This document shows positions 11,033 through 21,013 of a stretch of 64,000 bases of DNA, piece by piece. The translations under genes were made by a program, and so were the position numbers. Every line of letters begins with the position of its first letter. Position 1 is the first letter of the stretch. Below the pieces are notes generated by a model. It was not told the origin of the DNA, did not search any database, and saw only the letters and a list, made by a program, of their open reading frames with translations. Source of the DNA: Deferribacterales bacterium (GTDB lineage Bacteria > Chrysiogenota > Deferribacteres > Deferribacterales > Geovibrionaceae); assembly GCA_050251875.1 (NCBI GenBank), contig JBFWMA010000003.1, forward strand, positions 315,006 to 379,005, read 5' to 3'.

Positions 11033-12214
11033 TCAGTCAGTCTCAACGCAGACTGTGTTTCTGCCGGAATTTTTCGCTCTGTAGAGAGCCTCGTCCACAC
11101 GGGCGAGCAGGTCTTTTATCTGTTCGTGCTGTCTGAAAACCGCCACGCCGAAGCTGGATGTTTTTCTTCCGGCTATGCCGAAATGATATCCGGCTATCGC
11201 CTCTCTCAGCTTTTCCGCCAGGTCTCTGATGGATTCGGGAGTGGTCTCAGGGACTATAACGAGAAACTCTTCCCCGCCCCAGCGTCCGGTGACGTCTGTT
11301 TTGCGGGTGTTGTCTTTCAGGATTTTCGCTATCTCCGTCAGAACGTGGTCGCCTGCCTGATGTCCGTATGTGTCGTTAACCGATTTGAAATTATCCACAT
11401 CGAGAAGTATCACCCCGAACGGACGCCCGAACCGGCGAGATCTGCTCCGCTCGTTCTCCAGAACCTCGTCCAGCTTGTGTCTGTTATACAGCTGGGTCAG
11501 TCTGTCGGTGACATATAGTTTTTCCAGCTCGGAGTTTTTGTTTCTCAGCATGTTTATCAGTTCCAGAATGGATATTCTGGCGAGCTCGAAGCTCTGCCCC
11601 AGAGAGTTCATCTCATCGCTTCCACTCCACTTGAACTCATCCTCGAACCTGTTCTCCCGGAATCTTTTCGCCTGATCCAGCAGTCTTCTCATGGGCGAAA
11701 ACATCTTCAGATAGAGCAGAGGGTACATCACCAGCATCATTCCCAGCATGGTGAGCCCGAATACGTTAATCAGCAGATCCTTCTTCTGTGTTATTTCGTC
11801 CGTCAGAATGGAATCGGAGAAGCTGACCTCCACCCAGCCGAGTTTCATCTGGTCTTTGAAGATCATCTCCCTGTTGCTGTATATGTTTCCTTTGCCCCTG
11901 TCGGGTATGCTGAATTGTATGAAAGGCTGATTCTTCATAGTGTCGAAAACTTCCACGCCGGCTATTCTCTCATCCTGTTTGATGATCCCCAGTGCCAGAG
12001 AACCGTTATTCGGCGAGTAATAATATATGGGGTCGGTCATCGCCAGAGCCACGCTCTTTGTGGTGGCGGAGCGGTATCGGGCGAAATCTTCGTATAGTTT
12101 CGCTTTTGTAGAGTAAATCGTGAAGAATGCCGCTGCGAGCATAGGGACGGATATCCCGAAAAAAATCCCGAAAAACACCGCGGCCTTGAGAGACAGAATA
12201 CGTTTTTTTATCAA
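11033..12214 (-). CDS. membrane diguanylate cyclase (HAMP plus GGDEF)
   Basis: TDRLTQLYNR, DVDNFKSVNDTYGH, RWGGEEF; two TM segments. Confidence 0.92.
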   Translation of the reverse strand: MIKKRILSLKAAVFFGIFFGISVPMLAAAFFTIYSTKAKLYEDFARYRSATTKSVALAMTDPIYYYSPNNGSLALGIIKQDERIAGVEVFDTMKNQPFIQFSIPDRGKGNIYSNREMIFKDQMKLGWVEVSFSDSILTDEITQKKDLLINVFGLTMLGMMLVMYPLLYLKMFSPMRRLLDQAKRFRENRFEDEFKWSGSDEMNSLGQSFELARISILELINMLRNKNSELEKLYVTDRLTQLYNRHKLDEVLENERSRSRRFGRPFGVILLDVDNFKSVNDTYGHQAGDHVLTEIAKILKDNTRKTDVTGRWGGEEFLVIVPETTPESIRDLAEKLREAIAGYHFGIAGRKTSSFGVAVFRQHEQIKDLLARVDEALYRAKNSGRNTVCVETD

Positions 12215-12388
12215 AACACACTTTCCTGCGGGGTGAGACGGTTTGAATAATTGTTGTCTATCTTAGCACGTTAACGGCGTGAATAAAACTATCAATTATT
12301 GTGGAAACAGAGGGTATAGATCCGGTCTGCTCTTTTGCGAAAAGAACAGACCGGTCAATGAAAGATAAGGATCTGGAGGTTTGCCTGC

Positions 12389-13054
12389 TCAGTCCTTCGA
12401 CTGAGCAATGGGTTCATCGTTAACTCCGGAAAGCATGGAGGATACCATTCCGAAGGTATATGACGCGTATGCGTGTATCAGCACATAGACAACTATTATC
12501 AGCGACACGGATATGTGAGCCAGACGGGTGGCGGCGGAGGGACTCCCCGCTCCCGGGAGCACAGCCACGAAGAAGCTGTTAACCAGAGTGAAGCTGCCGG
12601 GAAAGACCAGAGCGAGTCCGGTGAGAACCATTATCGTCCACAGGGCGAACCAGCCCCACCATGCCAGCACCTCTGTGGGTACTATCTTTTCCACATATTT
12701 TCTCTTAGCCGGGTCATATCCCACAGGGCTTTTGACCTTTTTTCCTTCCACGAAGCTCTTTACCTCGTGCATGAAAAAGTCGAACGCCTGTCCTATCCTC
12801 GACAGCCCGAACCATTTATATTCTCCGCTGATAACGAAGTAATATACGAAGAATGTTATCGTTCCTGTCCACGCCAGCCCCAGCACTATGTGCAGGCTTC
12901 TGGCAGTGCCTCTGCTCAGCAGAGCGGCGGGAACATAGTCGCTGACTCCGAAACCGGAGAGCAGGAGCACCAGAATCTGTATGACTATGAGCCAGTGGAG
13001 CACTCTGTAGACCAGGCTGTGTCTTTTTACGGGGGTGGTGTTATTCTTCATCAT
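12389..13054 (-). CDS. cytochrome b, hydrogenase HyaC / formate dehydrogenase FdnI type
   Basis: Four TM helices with His ligands: RVLHW, SLHI, LAHI and LIHAY. Confidence 0.8.
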   Translation of the reverse strand: MMKNNTTPVKRHSLVYRVLHWLIVIQILVLLLSGFGVSDYVPAALLSRGTARSLHIVLGLAWTGTITFFVYYFVISGEYKWFGLSRIGQAFDFFMHEVKSFVEGKKVKSPVGYDPAKRKYVEKIVPTEVLAWWGWFALWTIMVLTGLALVFPGSFTLVNSFFVAVLPGAGSPSAATRLAHISVSLIIVVYVLIHAYASYTFGMVSSMLSGVNDEPIAQSKD

Positions 13055-14078
13055 CGTTTTTCCCCTTGCCCACACGCTTGTTCACTGCGTGAGCGCCTAT
13101 TCCGGCTATGGTGCCGACAACAGCGGCGCCCGCCCATGTGCCGACATCGGCGCCGTAGGCTGTTTTCAGTTTATTATGTCCTTTGTGGGGCGCCATCTTG
13201 TCATCATGACAGCTGCCGCATTCCATAAACCCTCTGGTGAACTGACCGGATTCATATTTTTCGCCCTTTGAGTGGCAGTTACGGCATCCGGCTGTGTCGT
13301 GGGAGAGCTGCATGGGAAAAACAGTGTCCAGATCGCCTCTGAGCTTGGCGTTCATCAGAGTGACGGCCATAGCCGCCACGTCTCCGGTCACTCTGGCGCA
13401 TCTTTCGGAGCGCTCTTTTGACCCGCTGGCGTATCCTGACTTTTCGCACCATTTGCCCACGCTGACGTGACACAGTACAGAGTCGCTGGGCGACTGGAGC
13501 AGTGCTTTGTCGCTTTTATATTTCGGAACGAGAAACTCGTGTCCGGCGGCGTATTTATTTGATTTGTCTGTGGGGAATGCCTCTGTCTCGTAATATCTCA
13601 TCAGTCTGGGCACAATCTCCAGAACATCGCTGAAAGGCATGGCGAATGTAACGGCGGACGCTGATCCGTTGGGCGCTCCGCACAGTGAGCCGAAGTTTGC
13701 CACTCCGCCCACGCCGTACTGCATAGGCACCTGAAAATGTTTACCCTCAACGGGGTTGGTGAGGTGCTCAACAAACTGCTCTTTGCTGGGCAGAGGCATG
13801 AGAGTGTATGGATAGCCTATCTTCTCTTTCAGGGCGGTCATTATAGCCCAAAAAGCGCCCCCTCCGCACTCTTCCAGATAATAGCCGAGGTGTCCCAGTT
13901 TTCTGACGTATTCCGGGTCAAGCTCCTGATATCCCCAGGGAAAAGGCGGTGCTTCCACCTGCGTCTGGGGCGCTGTCTCCTCCGCCATTGCCTGTTTCAC
14001 TGTGCCGGCGCCGCAAATTGCCGCTCCGGAAAGGACTGCCGCTCCTTTGATGAAATCTCTTCTGTTCAAACTCTTCAT
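13041..14078 (-). CDS. Tat-exported C-GCAxxG-C-C family / split-Soret-cytochrome-like diheme protein with a C-terminal membrane anchor
   Basis: Tat motif NRRDFIK; ECGGG, LCGAPNG, LCHVSV and ERCAR; heme c motifs CRNCH and CGSCH; hydrophobic tail. Confidence 0.8.
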   Translation of the reverse strand: MKSLNRRDFIKGAAVLSGAAICGAGTVKQAMAEETAPQTQVEAPPFPWGYQELDPEYVRKLGHLGYYLEECGGGAFWAIMTALKEKIGYPYTLMPLPSKEQFVEHLTNPVEGKHFQVPMQYGVGGVANFGSLCGAPNGSASAVTFAMPFSDVLEIVPRLMRYYETEAFPTDKSNKYAAGHEFLVPKYKSDKALLQSPSDSVLCHVSVGKWCEKSGYASGSKERSERCARVTGDVAAMAVTLMNAKLRGDLDTVFPMQLSHDTAGCRNCHSKGEKYESGQFTRGFMECGSCHDDKMAPHKGHNKLKTAYGADVGTWAGAAVVGTIAGIGAHAVNKRVGKGKNDDEE

Positions 14079-14378
14079 ATTCTACCTCCTAATACATATC
14101 AGTATCACCCTAAGATGCTGATATAAATGCGTTTATGTCTCCTTGCCAAACCTCTTCCGCCGCAGGATACAGCGATATCCAGCCGGATAGGTTAAATATT
14201 TCCGGTCATATAAAGAACATAAAAAAGGTATCATTTATAGTGTGTTAGAAGTAAGCGTGAAACTTTTGTAATCCAACAAAATTATTTTTTGTTAAATTTT
14301 GTTGTTGCAATAATAAACCATAGTTATTATAAATAAGTAAAGTAAATAATATTTCTATATCATATAAGGTGAATTTAT

Positions 14379-15272
14379 ATGAATATTTCAATCCGTCAGA
14401 TAGAGGTTTTTTTCTACACGGCAAAGCTCGGAAATGTCTCTCTCGCCGCGGAAAAACTGTGTATCACACAGGCGGCGGCGAGCATGGCTCTGAAGGAATT
14501 CGAGAACCAGCTCGGCGAAAAACTGTTCGAGAGGATGGGTAAAAAGCTGGTCTTGAACGAAAGCGGGAGGGCGATACTGGCATCTGCCACAGAGTTAATC
14601 GGCAGGGCGTCAGAGATGTCCGGTTTTTTCACAGACAGGTCGCGTCTTTACGGTGATCTGATTATCGGCGCCAGCTCGTCTATAGGAAATTATGTTCTGC
14701 CGGAATATATTGCGGAGTTTATAGACACCAACAGAATGGCAAGCATCCAGCTGAAGGTGGGCAACACCGAGGATGTCATTAACAGAGTGCTCAGGTTCGA
14801 TGTGGACGTGGGCATCATAGAGGGGCTCTGCTATGAGCCTATGATAGACGTTATCCCCTGGCTGGATGACGAGCTGGCGGTATTCACATCGTCCGGTCAT
14901 CCTCTGGCGCAGGCGGAAAAGGTGAGCAAGAAAGATCTGGAATCATGCGACTGGATACTGAGAGAAGAGGGATCGGGAACCAGACGTATATTCGAGAACC
15001 AGATGACAGCGTTGTCTATGAATATCAATGTGATGCTGGTGCTCGGACACACAGAGGCGATCAAAAATACCGTGGCGAAGGGCAAGGGCGTGAGCTGTCT
15101 GTCCAGATATGTTCTGGCTGATCTGGCTCAGCTGGGCAAGATAAAGCTGCTGGATACGCCGTTTCTTAATCTGAAAAGAAAGTTCTATGTGCTGATACAT
15201 CAGGAGAAGTTCAAAACGAGAATACTCAGGGAATTTCTGAGCGGGCTCGGTCTGGGTCAGACGGATATCTGA
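14379..15272 (+). CDS. LysR family regulator (YeiE/CysL-like)
   Basis: HTH AAEKLCITQAAASMALKEFE; IGASSSIGNY; WILREEGSGTR. Confidence 0.92.
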   Translation: MNISIRQIEVFFYTAKLGNVSLAAEKLCITQAAASMALKEFENQLGEKLFERMGKKLVLNESGRAILASATELIGRASEMSGFFTDRSRLYGDLIIGASSSIGNYVLPEYIAEFIDTNRMASIQLKVGNTEDVINRVLRFDVDVGIIEGLCYEPMIDVIPWLDDELAVFTSSGHPLAQAEKVSKKDLESCDWILREEGSGTRRIFENQMTALSMNINVMLVLGHTEAIKNTVAKGKGVSCLSRYVLADLAQLGKIKLLDTPFLNLKRKFYVLIHQEKFKTRILREFLSGLGLGQTDI

Positions 15273-15812
15273 TTACTCAGGCGGTATGGGCAGACCATCT
15301 CCGCCGTCTGTTGAAATATTTCGGACAGGGGATAACGCCGCTTCGAATTCTTTGAGTATCCTGTTCAGCTCTGTCTGTGTTTTTTTGTCCAGAACGGATG
15401 TGATGGCTGTCTCTGTCTCTATATGCGCCTTCAGACATCTGTTGACGATGTCGAGCCCGTCCGGGGTGAGCTGAACCAGCGTGCTCCTTTTGTCCTGTTC
15501 GTTTTTCGGTCTGGATATCAGGTTTCTGTTTTCCAGCCGGGTCAGGCGGTTCGTCATGGTGCCGGACGTAACCATCAGGGTGTCGAAAAGCTGTGTAGGG
15601 GTCAGAATATACGGCTCTCCGGAGCGTCTGAGTGTCGCCAGAACATCGAACTCCCAGCGGGTCAGGTCGAAAGAGCCGAAATTGTCCTCCAGCTTCTTTC
15701 CTATCAGGGCGTTCAGACGGGCTATCCTGCCCAGTGTCTCCATGGGCGTCAGGTCTTCTTTTATATTCTGGTTTTTCCACTGGTCGATTATTTTGTCCAC
15801 AGCGTCTTTCAT
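15273..15812 (-). CDS. MarR family regulator, PecS-like
   Basis: DAVDKIIDQW, WEFDVLATLRRSG, TSGTMTNRL and DKRS; divergent from an EamA gene. Confidence 0.88.
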   Translation of the reverse strand: MKDAVDKIIDQWKNQNIKEDLTPMETLGRIARLNALIGKKLEDNFGSFDLTRWEFDVLATLRRSGEPYILTPTQLFDTLMVTSGTMTNRLTRLENRNLISRPKNEQDKRSTLVQLTPDGLDIVNRCLKAHIETETAITSVLDKKTQTELNRILKEFEAALSPVRNISTDGGDGLPIPPE

Positions 15813-15826
15813 GGCGTCTCCGATTT

Positions 15827-15884
15827 ATCTTGACATCGAGACAACTTGGAATTATCTTGATGTCAAGATTCTTGATATAGAGAT
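15827..15884. promoter_or_regulatory. three MarR/PecS-type palindromic operators
   Basis: ATCTTGACATCGAGAC (15827-15842), ATCTTGATGTCAAGAT (15854-15869) and TTCTTGATATAGAGAT (15869-15884) lie between the divergent genes. Confidence 0.75.
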
Positions 15885-15890
15885 AGTATA

Positions 15891-16751
15891 ATGCAAAATA
15901 TGAGATTATTCCAGCTTACATTTCTGACTGCGCTCGCCCCTGTCTTCTGGGGCACGACATATATCGTCACCACGGAGCTTCTGCCTCCGGACAGACCGTT
16001 CATAGCGGCGGTTATCCGTGTTCTCCCAGCCGGATTTCTTCTGATACTGATGTCCCGCCAGCTCCCGCAGAGGTCTGAGACGCTGAAGGTTCTTATCCTT
16101 TCGTTTCTGAATATAGCCTGTTTTCAGGCGATGCTTTTTGTGGCGGCTTATCATCTGCCGGGCGGTATAGCCGCTGTGGTGGGCGCTGTTCAGCCTCTTC
16201 TGATTATGCTTATCATGTGGGCGGCGGATTCGGTTAAGCCCCGCGCGGCGACTCTCATTGCGGCGCTGTTTGCTCTGGGCGGAATGGGTCTGCTTCTGAT
16301 AAAACCGGACAGCAGATGGGACACGACCGGGCTTCTGGCGGCGTTCGCCGGAGCTGTCTCTATGTCCGGTGGAACATATCTGAGCTTCCGGTGGAAACTC
16401 AGCCTGTCGAAATACGCCTTCACCGGATGGCAGTTATTCATAGGCGGGCTGATGCTCATTCCTGTGGCATATTTCAGCGAGAGTTTTCCGGCGCACATGG
16501 TTCTTAAAAATTATATAGGCTATGTCTATCTGTCTTTTTTCGGTTCTCTTGTGGCTTATTTCCTGTGGTTTCAGGGGATTAAGGAACTGCCCACCGTGGC
16601 GGTGGCTGTGCTGGGGCTTCTCAGCCCCGTGACTGCTGTTGTTGTGGGGTGGTTCTGGCTGGGACAGGATCTGAGCTTTGCTCAGTCTGTGGGGTTCGTC
16701 ACTGTGCTGGTCTGTGTGGCGGCTGTTCAGAGAACAGCCAGAAGGGGCTGA
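15891..16751 (+). CDS. EamA/DMT transporter, PecM-like
   Basis: LTALAPVFWGTTYIVTTELLPP N-terminus; about 10 TM segments. The true start may be ATG 15900. Confidence 0.9.
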   Translation: MQNMRLFQLTFLTALAPVFWGTTYIVTTELLPPDRPFIAAVIRVLPAGFLLILMSRQLPQRSETLKVLILSFLNIACFQAMLFVAAYHLPGGIAAVVGAVQPLLIMLIMWAADSVKPRAATLIAALFALGGMGLLLIKPDSRWDTTGLLAAFAGAVSMSGGTYLSFRWKLSLSKYAFTGWQLFIGGLMLIPVAYFSESFPAHMVLKNYIGYVYLSFFGSLVAYFLWFQGIKELPTVAVAVLGLLSPVTAVVVGWFWLGQDLSFAQSVGFVTVLVCVAAVQRTARRG

Positions 16752-17929
16752 AAACCGAAAAACGACCGGATATAGCTTTCTGACGTCTGTCTGATGTCAT
16801 CGGTCAGAAGCCCGCTGGCATAAAGCTCGGCTTCGGTGTTCGCCAGCTTGTCTTTGTATGGAAAAAACTCCCGGATAAGAAAATAAGAATATTCGACCAG
16901 TCCCAGACTGCCGTATACGCAGATGTTCTCTCCCTGTCTTTCGCATGCGGCGCTCATGAACGTGCTGACGGAAGACAGAATGGATTCCTTCGTGATAACC
17001 GGAACAAAAGCGATCTGCCACCTCTGCCCGAAGGTGTGGGTCGTGCTGTGGGTGTCGGAGTTGGCTACTATGGGGATGCTCCTGTCCGTGTGACCGTAGT
17101 AGAAGCTGAGCCCCAGCATGTTGTCCTGGTGGAGGGTGTCGCCGGGAATCTCTATGGCGTTCGGGAGTCTGTCCTTCACAGCCTGTTTCAGCATGGGTCT
17201 GGGCAGGTGATAGAACCCGGTGTGTTCCACCATCCAGAAAGGATGGCACAGAACAGAGAATCCGCCTTTTTCTTTTATCATTTTCATCACCAGTTTCATC
17301 CCGCCGTATGTATATGGGCTGAGCCCCTGCTCCAGCAGGATGATATCGGTCTCCGCCGCCTGCGCCTCGATCATCTCTTTCAGTGTGTCGGCGTCCATGT
17401 CTTTCAGGTGCAGAGGTGAATCCGAGCCGATGCTGAGCACATGTCCGCCTGTGGGCACGGTGACCTCCTCCCCTTCGAAGCAGAGGATGCTTAAGCCTGA
17501 CGATGCTGTGAATTTGATCGCCTCCAGAGACGGATAATAGCTGTCGTGATCGGTCACGGCGATATAGTCCATTCCCAGACGTCTCGCCTGAATCACCATC
17601 TCTCTGGGGCTCTGCGCCCCGTCAGAATATAAAGTGTGGATGTGCAGGTCGCCCTTCACGGGCAGAAGCCCCGCCATCTCTTCGCTGACGCCGTAAACGG
17701 ATATCCGTCTGTCGGATGTTCCTCTGGCGCTTAGGAATATATAATATTCTCCCGTGTGCGGGAGGACTGTGGATATCTCGGTGATGTCTGACGAGTTGGC
17801 GGCGTAGAGCACTTCGGCGCTGTTCTTATAGGCGATGCGGACGGACATATTTCCCGATGCTCCCTTCAGCCTGAAGGTACATTTTTTGCCCGCCTGAAAA
17901 ACTCTGGGTGTTATTTCCACATGTCTCAT
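16727..17929 (-). CDS. PHP-domain metallohydrolase
   Basis: KGDLHIHTLYSDG, AVTDHD, GEEV, CHPFW and NSDTH. Start reassigned to MRHVE at 17929, after GGAG. Confidence 0.85.
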   Translation of the reverse strand: MRHVEITPRVFQAGKKCTFRLKGASGNMSVRIAYKNSAEVLYAANSSDITEISTVLPHTGEYYIFLSARGTSDRRISVYGVSEEMAGLLPVKGDLHIHTLYSDGAQSPREMVIQARRLGMDYIAVTDHDSYYPSLEAIKFTASSGLSILCFEGEEVTVPTGGHVLSIGSDSPLHLKDMDADTLKEMIEAQAAETDIILLEQGLSPYTYGGMKLVMKMIKEKGGFSVLCHPFWMVEHTGFYHLPRPMLKQAVKDRLPNAIEIPGDTLHQDNMLGLSFYYGHTDRSIPIVANSDTHSTTHTFGQRWQIAFVPVITKESILSSVSTFMSAACERQGENICVYGSLGLVEYSYFLIREFFPYKDKLANTEAELYASGLLTDDIRQTSESYIRSFFGFQPLLAVL

Positions 17930-17939
17930 AAATACTCCG

Positions 17940-18809
17940 TCAGTCAGTCTGCATATCGAGCTGAAGATTCTGAACACTTTCCTCTTCCCGCTCTTCGGCT
18001 TCTTTCGCCGCTTCGGCTCTGCGGTTTTCGTTTCGTCTGCGAATCTCATACAGCACGGCGGCGAGAACGGTGAAGAGGATGAACAGAACCGCCAGAGCGT
18101 TGATCTCCGGAGTAATGCCCAGCCGGACCATGCTGGCTATGCGGATCGTCATGGTGGTTTCTGCGCCTATGACGAATAGGGTGGTGTTATAGTTCTCAAA
18201 AGACTGCAAAAATGCGATGAGCACTGCGGAATATATAGCGGGACGCAGAAACGGGAGCGTGATTCTGCGGAACACCTGTTTATGCGTTGCGCCCAGATCC
18301 ATTGCCGCCTCTTCCAGCGTTCTGTCGAACCTCTGGAGTCTCGCCATGAACATCAGCATGCAGAACGATGATATGTAAGCCGTCTGTCCTATCACCGTCA
18401 GAAAGATTCCTCCCGGCACGCCCATATTGTCCCAGAAAATCAGGGTGGAGATGCCGAGAATGACGCCGGGAGTCAGGATCGGCGAGACCATCAGAGCATA
18501 GAGAAAACCCCTGCCTCTGATGCCTCTGGATGTCAGGAGCATCGCCCCGGCGAGCCCGGTGGGGACGGCGAGGATTATGACGCCGACTCCGATGATGACG
18601 CTGTTCAGAACGGAGCCCCAGAGGATTTTGTCCTTAAACAGGGTTTCGAACCACGACAGGGTCGCTCCCTGCCAGGGGACGAACGTTGGAAAGGAAGAGC
18701 TGTTGAAAGCCGCCGCCGTCATGAACATCAGCGGGGTGAACAGATAAAGAAAGAACAGAATCATATATCCGGTCAGAAATATATTTAACACGCTTTTCGA
18801 TGATTTCAT
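17940..18809 (-). CDS. polyamine-type ABC permease (PotC-like)
   Basis: EAA motif LEEAAMDLGA. The start at 18809 overlaps the upstream stop (ATGA). Confidence 0.88.
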   Translation of the reverse strand: MKSSKSVLNIFLTGYMILFFLYLFTPLMFMTAAAFNSSSFPTFVPWQGATLSWFETLFKDKILWGSVLNSVIIGVGVIILAVPTGLAGAMLLTSRGIRGRGFLYALMVSPILTPGVILGISTLIFWDNMGVPGGIFLTVIGQTAYISSFCMLMFMARLQRFDRTLEEAAMDLGATHKQVFRRITLPFLRPAIYSAVLIAFLQSFENYNTTLFVIGAETTMTIRIASMVRLGITPEINALAVLFILFTVLAAVLYEIRRRNENRRAEAAKEAEEREEESVQNLQLDMQTD

Positions 18810-19855
18810 TTTGCCATATCCTCCATCTTCACACGGAACAGGCGCATCATGAAGGCGATGAAGAGGATGCACAGAAGCAGCAGGATGAAGGCGTATGCCG
18901 ATCCCTGATTCCAGTTTCCGCCGTCAAAGAACCAGCTGTAGATTATCTGGGTGAACCATATACCGCTGGTGCCTCCCAGAATAGCCGGAACGGCGTATGT
19001 GCCTGCCGCCAGCATGAATGTCATTATGCTCCCCACGGCTATGCCCGGCTTGGCATAGGGGATGATGATCCTCCTGTGTATGCGTATCCATGAGGCGCCC
19101 AGATCACGGGCGGCCTCTATCTGGTTTTTATCCAGAGTAGACAGGGTGTTGTACATGGGGAAAACCATGAACAGCACATAGGCGTATGCCATGCCCGCCA
19201 GAACGCCGACATTGCCGTTCAGAAAATCTATTGGCTCGCTAATAACCCCCGCCTTCATCAGCAAAGTGTTCAGAACGCCTTTGTATGACAATATGATGAG
19301 CCATGCGAATGTCCGCAGGATCTCATTGATCCAGTATGGGATCACAAGCCCCAGAAACAGAAGCGCCGCCGTCTCTTTCCTTACGGAAAAAGCCAGATAG
19401 CATGCCACCGGATAGCAGATGGCGAACGCCAGAAATGTTATGAGAACACTCGACCAGATGCTTTTCAGAAACACGCTCCGGTGCAGGGTATTGCTGAAAA
19501 GGGTCATGTAGTTTTTCATGCCGTATTTTTTCACGGCGGACGTCTCCGATGCTTCCATCTTTGACATCTCAGCGGACAGAGACTCGTATTCAGCGTCCAG
19601 ACGGTCTATCTTCGCCTGATCCGGATTGTCCAGATATTTTTCAGCGGCTATGTCGCTGTCTATCATCAGGAGCCTGTCTTCCATGGCGTTCATCTTTTCC
19701 AGACGCTTCTGAACGGCGGTCTCGTCTCTGTACCACATGGAATAGTCCACCATCATCAGCTGGGGCACTATCACCAGCCCCACTATCCAGACTGTGCATG
19801 ATATGAGGATATATGCCGTGATGAACCGCCCGTAGCGCAGGAGCATGTCTTTCAT
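18806..19855 (-). CDS. polyamine-type ABC permease (PotB-like)
   Basis: IPYWINEILRTFAW and IEAARDLGA. Confidence 0.88.
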   Translation of the reverse strand: MKDMLLRYGRFITAYILISCTVWIVGLVIVPQLMMVDYSMWYRDETAVQKRLEKMNAMEDRLLMIDSDIAAEKYLDNPDQAKIDRLDAEYESLSAEMSKMEASETSAVKKYGMKNYMTLFSNTLHRSVFLKSIWSSVLITFLAFAICYPVACYLAFSVRKETAALLFLGLVIPYWINEILRTFAWLIILSYKGVLNTLLMKAGVISEPIDFLNGNVGVLAGMAYAYVLFMVFPMYNTLSTLDKNQIEAARDLGASWIRIHRRIIIPYAKPGIAVGSIMTFMLAAGTYAVPAILGGTSGIWFTQIIYSWFFDGGNWNQGSAYAFILLLLCILFIAFMMRLFRVKMEDMAK

Positions 19856-20943
19856 GATATTCTGCCCGCCATTTTCATCACACGGGAATGATCGGGGCTG
19901 AAGGATATGCTGAGCTGATCGCCCTGACGGAATCTGCCCGTGTCCCCGGTGTTCATCATATTTACGGAGATTTCTTTTTCGGCGCAGGTTTTTTTCAGAA
20001 AAAGATTAACGAACGATCCCTCGAACTCCATCCGGCTCACCGTGCTGCTGAATATATTATGTCCGTTTCCGGAGGCGCTTTCCGCTACCGCCATCCTCTC
20101 CGGGCGGATGAAGATCACCGCTTCGTCACCCTGACTGTGCCCGTCCGTGTTCACTCCGGTGAATCTTCCGCAGGGGGTTTCTATCTCAGACATATTGCCG
20201 GAGGTGGATATCACTCTGCCTCTGAACATATTGTTTTCGCCAACGAAAGACGCTGTGAAAGGCGTTGACGGGTTATTATAAATCTCTTCGGGCGATCCGG
20301 TCTGCTCTATCTTTCCGGCGGACATCACGGCGACCCTGTCGCTCATTGTCATCGCCTCCCCCTGATCGTGGGTTATGTATATGAATGTCACGCCTGTTTT
20401 TTTCTGAATGTCTCTCAGCTCCGATCTCATGTGCTGTCTCAGCTTCAGATCCAGAGCCGACAGAGGCTCATCCAGCAGGAGCACCTGAGGCTCCACAGCC
20501 AGCGCCCGGGCGATAGCCACACGCTGTTTCTGTCCGCCGGAGAGCTCATTTATGTTTTTGTCGCCGTATCCTGTGAGGGCGATCAGCTCCAGAAGCTCGT
20601 CCGCCTTCTTCAGACGTTCCTTTTTTCCGATGTTTTTCACCTCCAGACCGAAGGCGATGTTGTCCGCCACGGACATCAGGGGAAAGAGCGCCAGATTCTG
20701 AAAGATCAGCGCCGTGGGGCGCTTGTTCGGACCTATGCCGTCCATGCTGTTTCCGGAGATGGAGACCGAACCGGACGTGGGTCTGTTGAATCCGGATATG
20801 ATGCGCAGGATGGTTGTCTTGCCGCATCCGGATGGTCCGAGAAAACTGAAGAACTCACCGCTTTCGATCTCCAGACTCACATTATCCACGGCGGTGAAAT
20901 CTCCGAATTTCATAGATACTCTGTCCAGAATTACCTGTCCCAT
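19852..20943 (-). CDS. polyamine-type ABC ATPase (PotA-like)
   Basis: GPSGCGKT, LSGGQKQRVAIARAL, LLLDEP and THDQ. Confidence 0.92.
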   Translation of the reverse strand: MGQVILDRVSMKFGDFTAVDNVSLEIESGEFFSFLGPSGCGKTTILRIISGFNRPTSGSVSISGNSMDGIGPNKRPTALIFQNLALFPLMSVADNIAFGLEVKNIGKKERLKKADELLELIALTGYGDKNINELSGGQKQRVAIARALAVEPQVLLLDEPLSALDLKLRQHMRSELRDIQKKTGVTFIYITHDQGEAMTMSDRVAVMSAGKIEQTGSPEEIYNNPSTPFTASFVGENNMFRGRVISTSGNMSEIETPCGRFTGVNTDGHSQGDEAVIFIRPERMAVAESASGNGHNIFSSTVSRMEFEGSFVNLFLKKTCAEKEISVNMMNTGDTGRFRQGDQLSISFSPDHSRVMKMAGRIS

Positions 20944-21013
20944 TATAACCTCGATAAAAAAGGGCACAGCCGCATAGCGGACATGTGCCCTGTTGGAGTG
21001 TTGCTGGCTGTTG

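Noticed and set aside
14079..14378. Possible riboswitch upstream of the split-Soret-like gene
   Set aside because: Only short generic hairpins are present, and I recognise no conserved aptamer motif.
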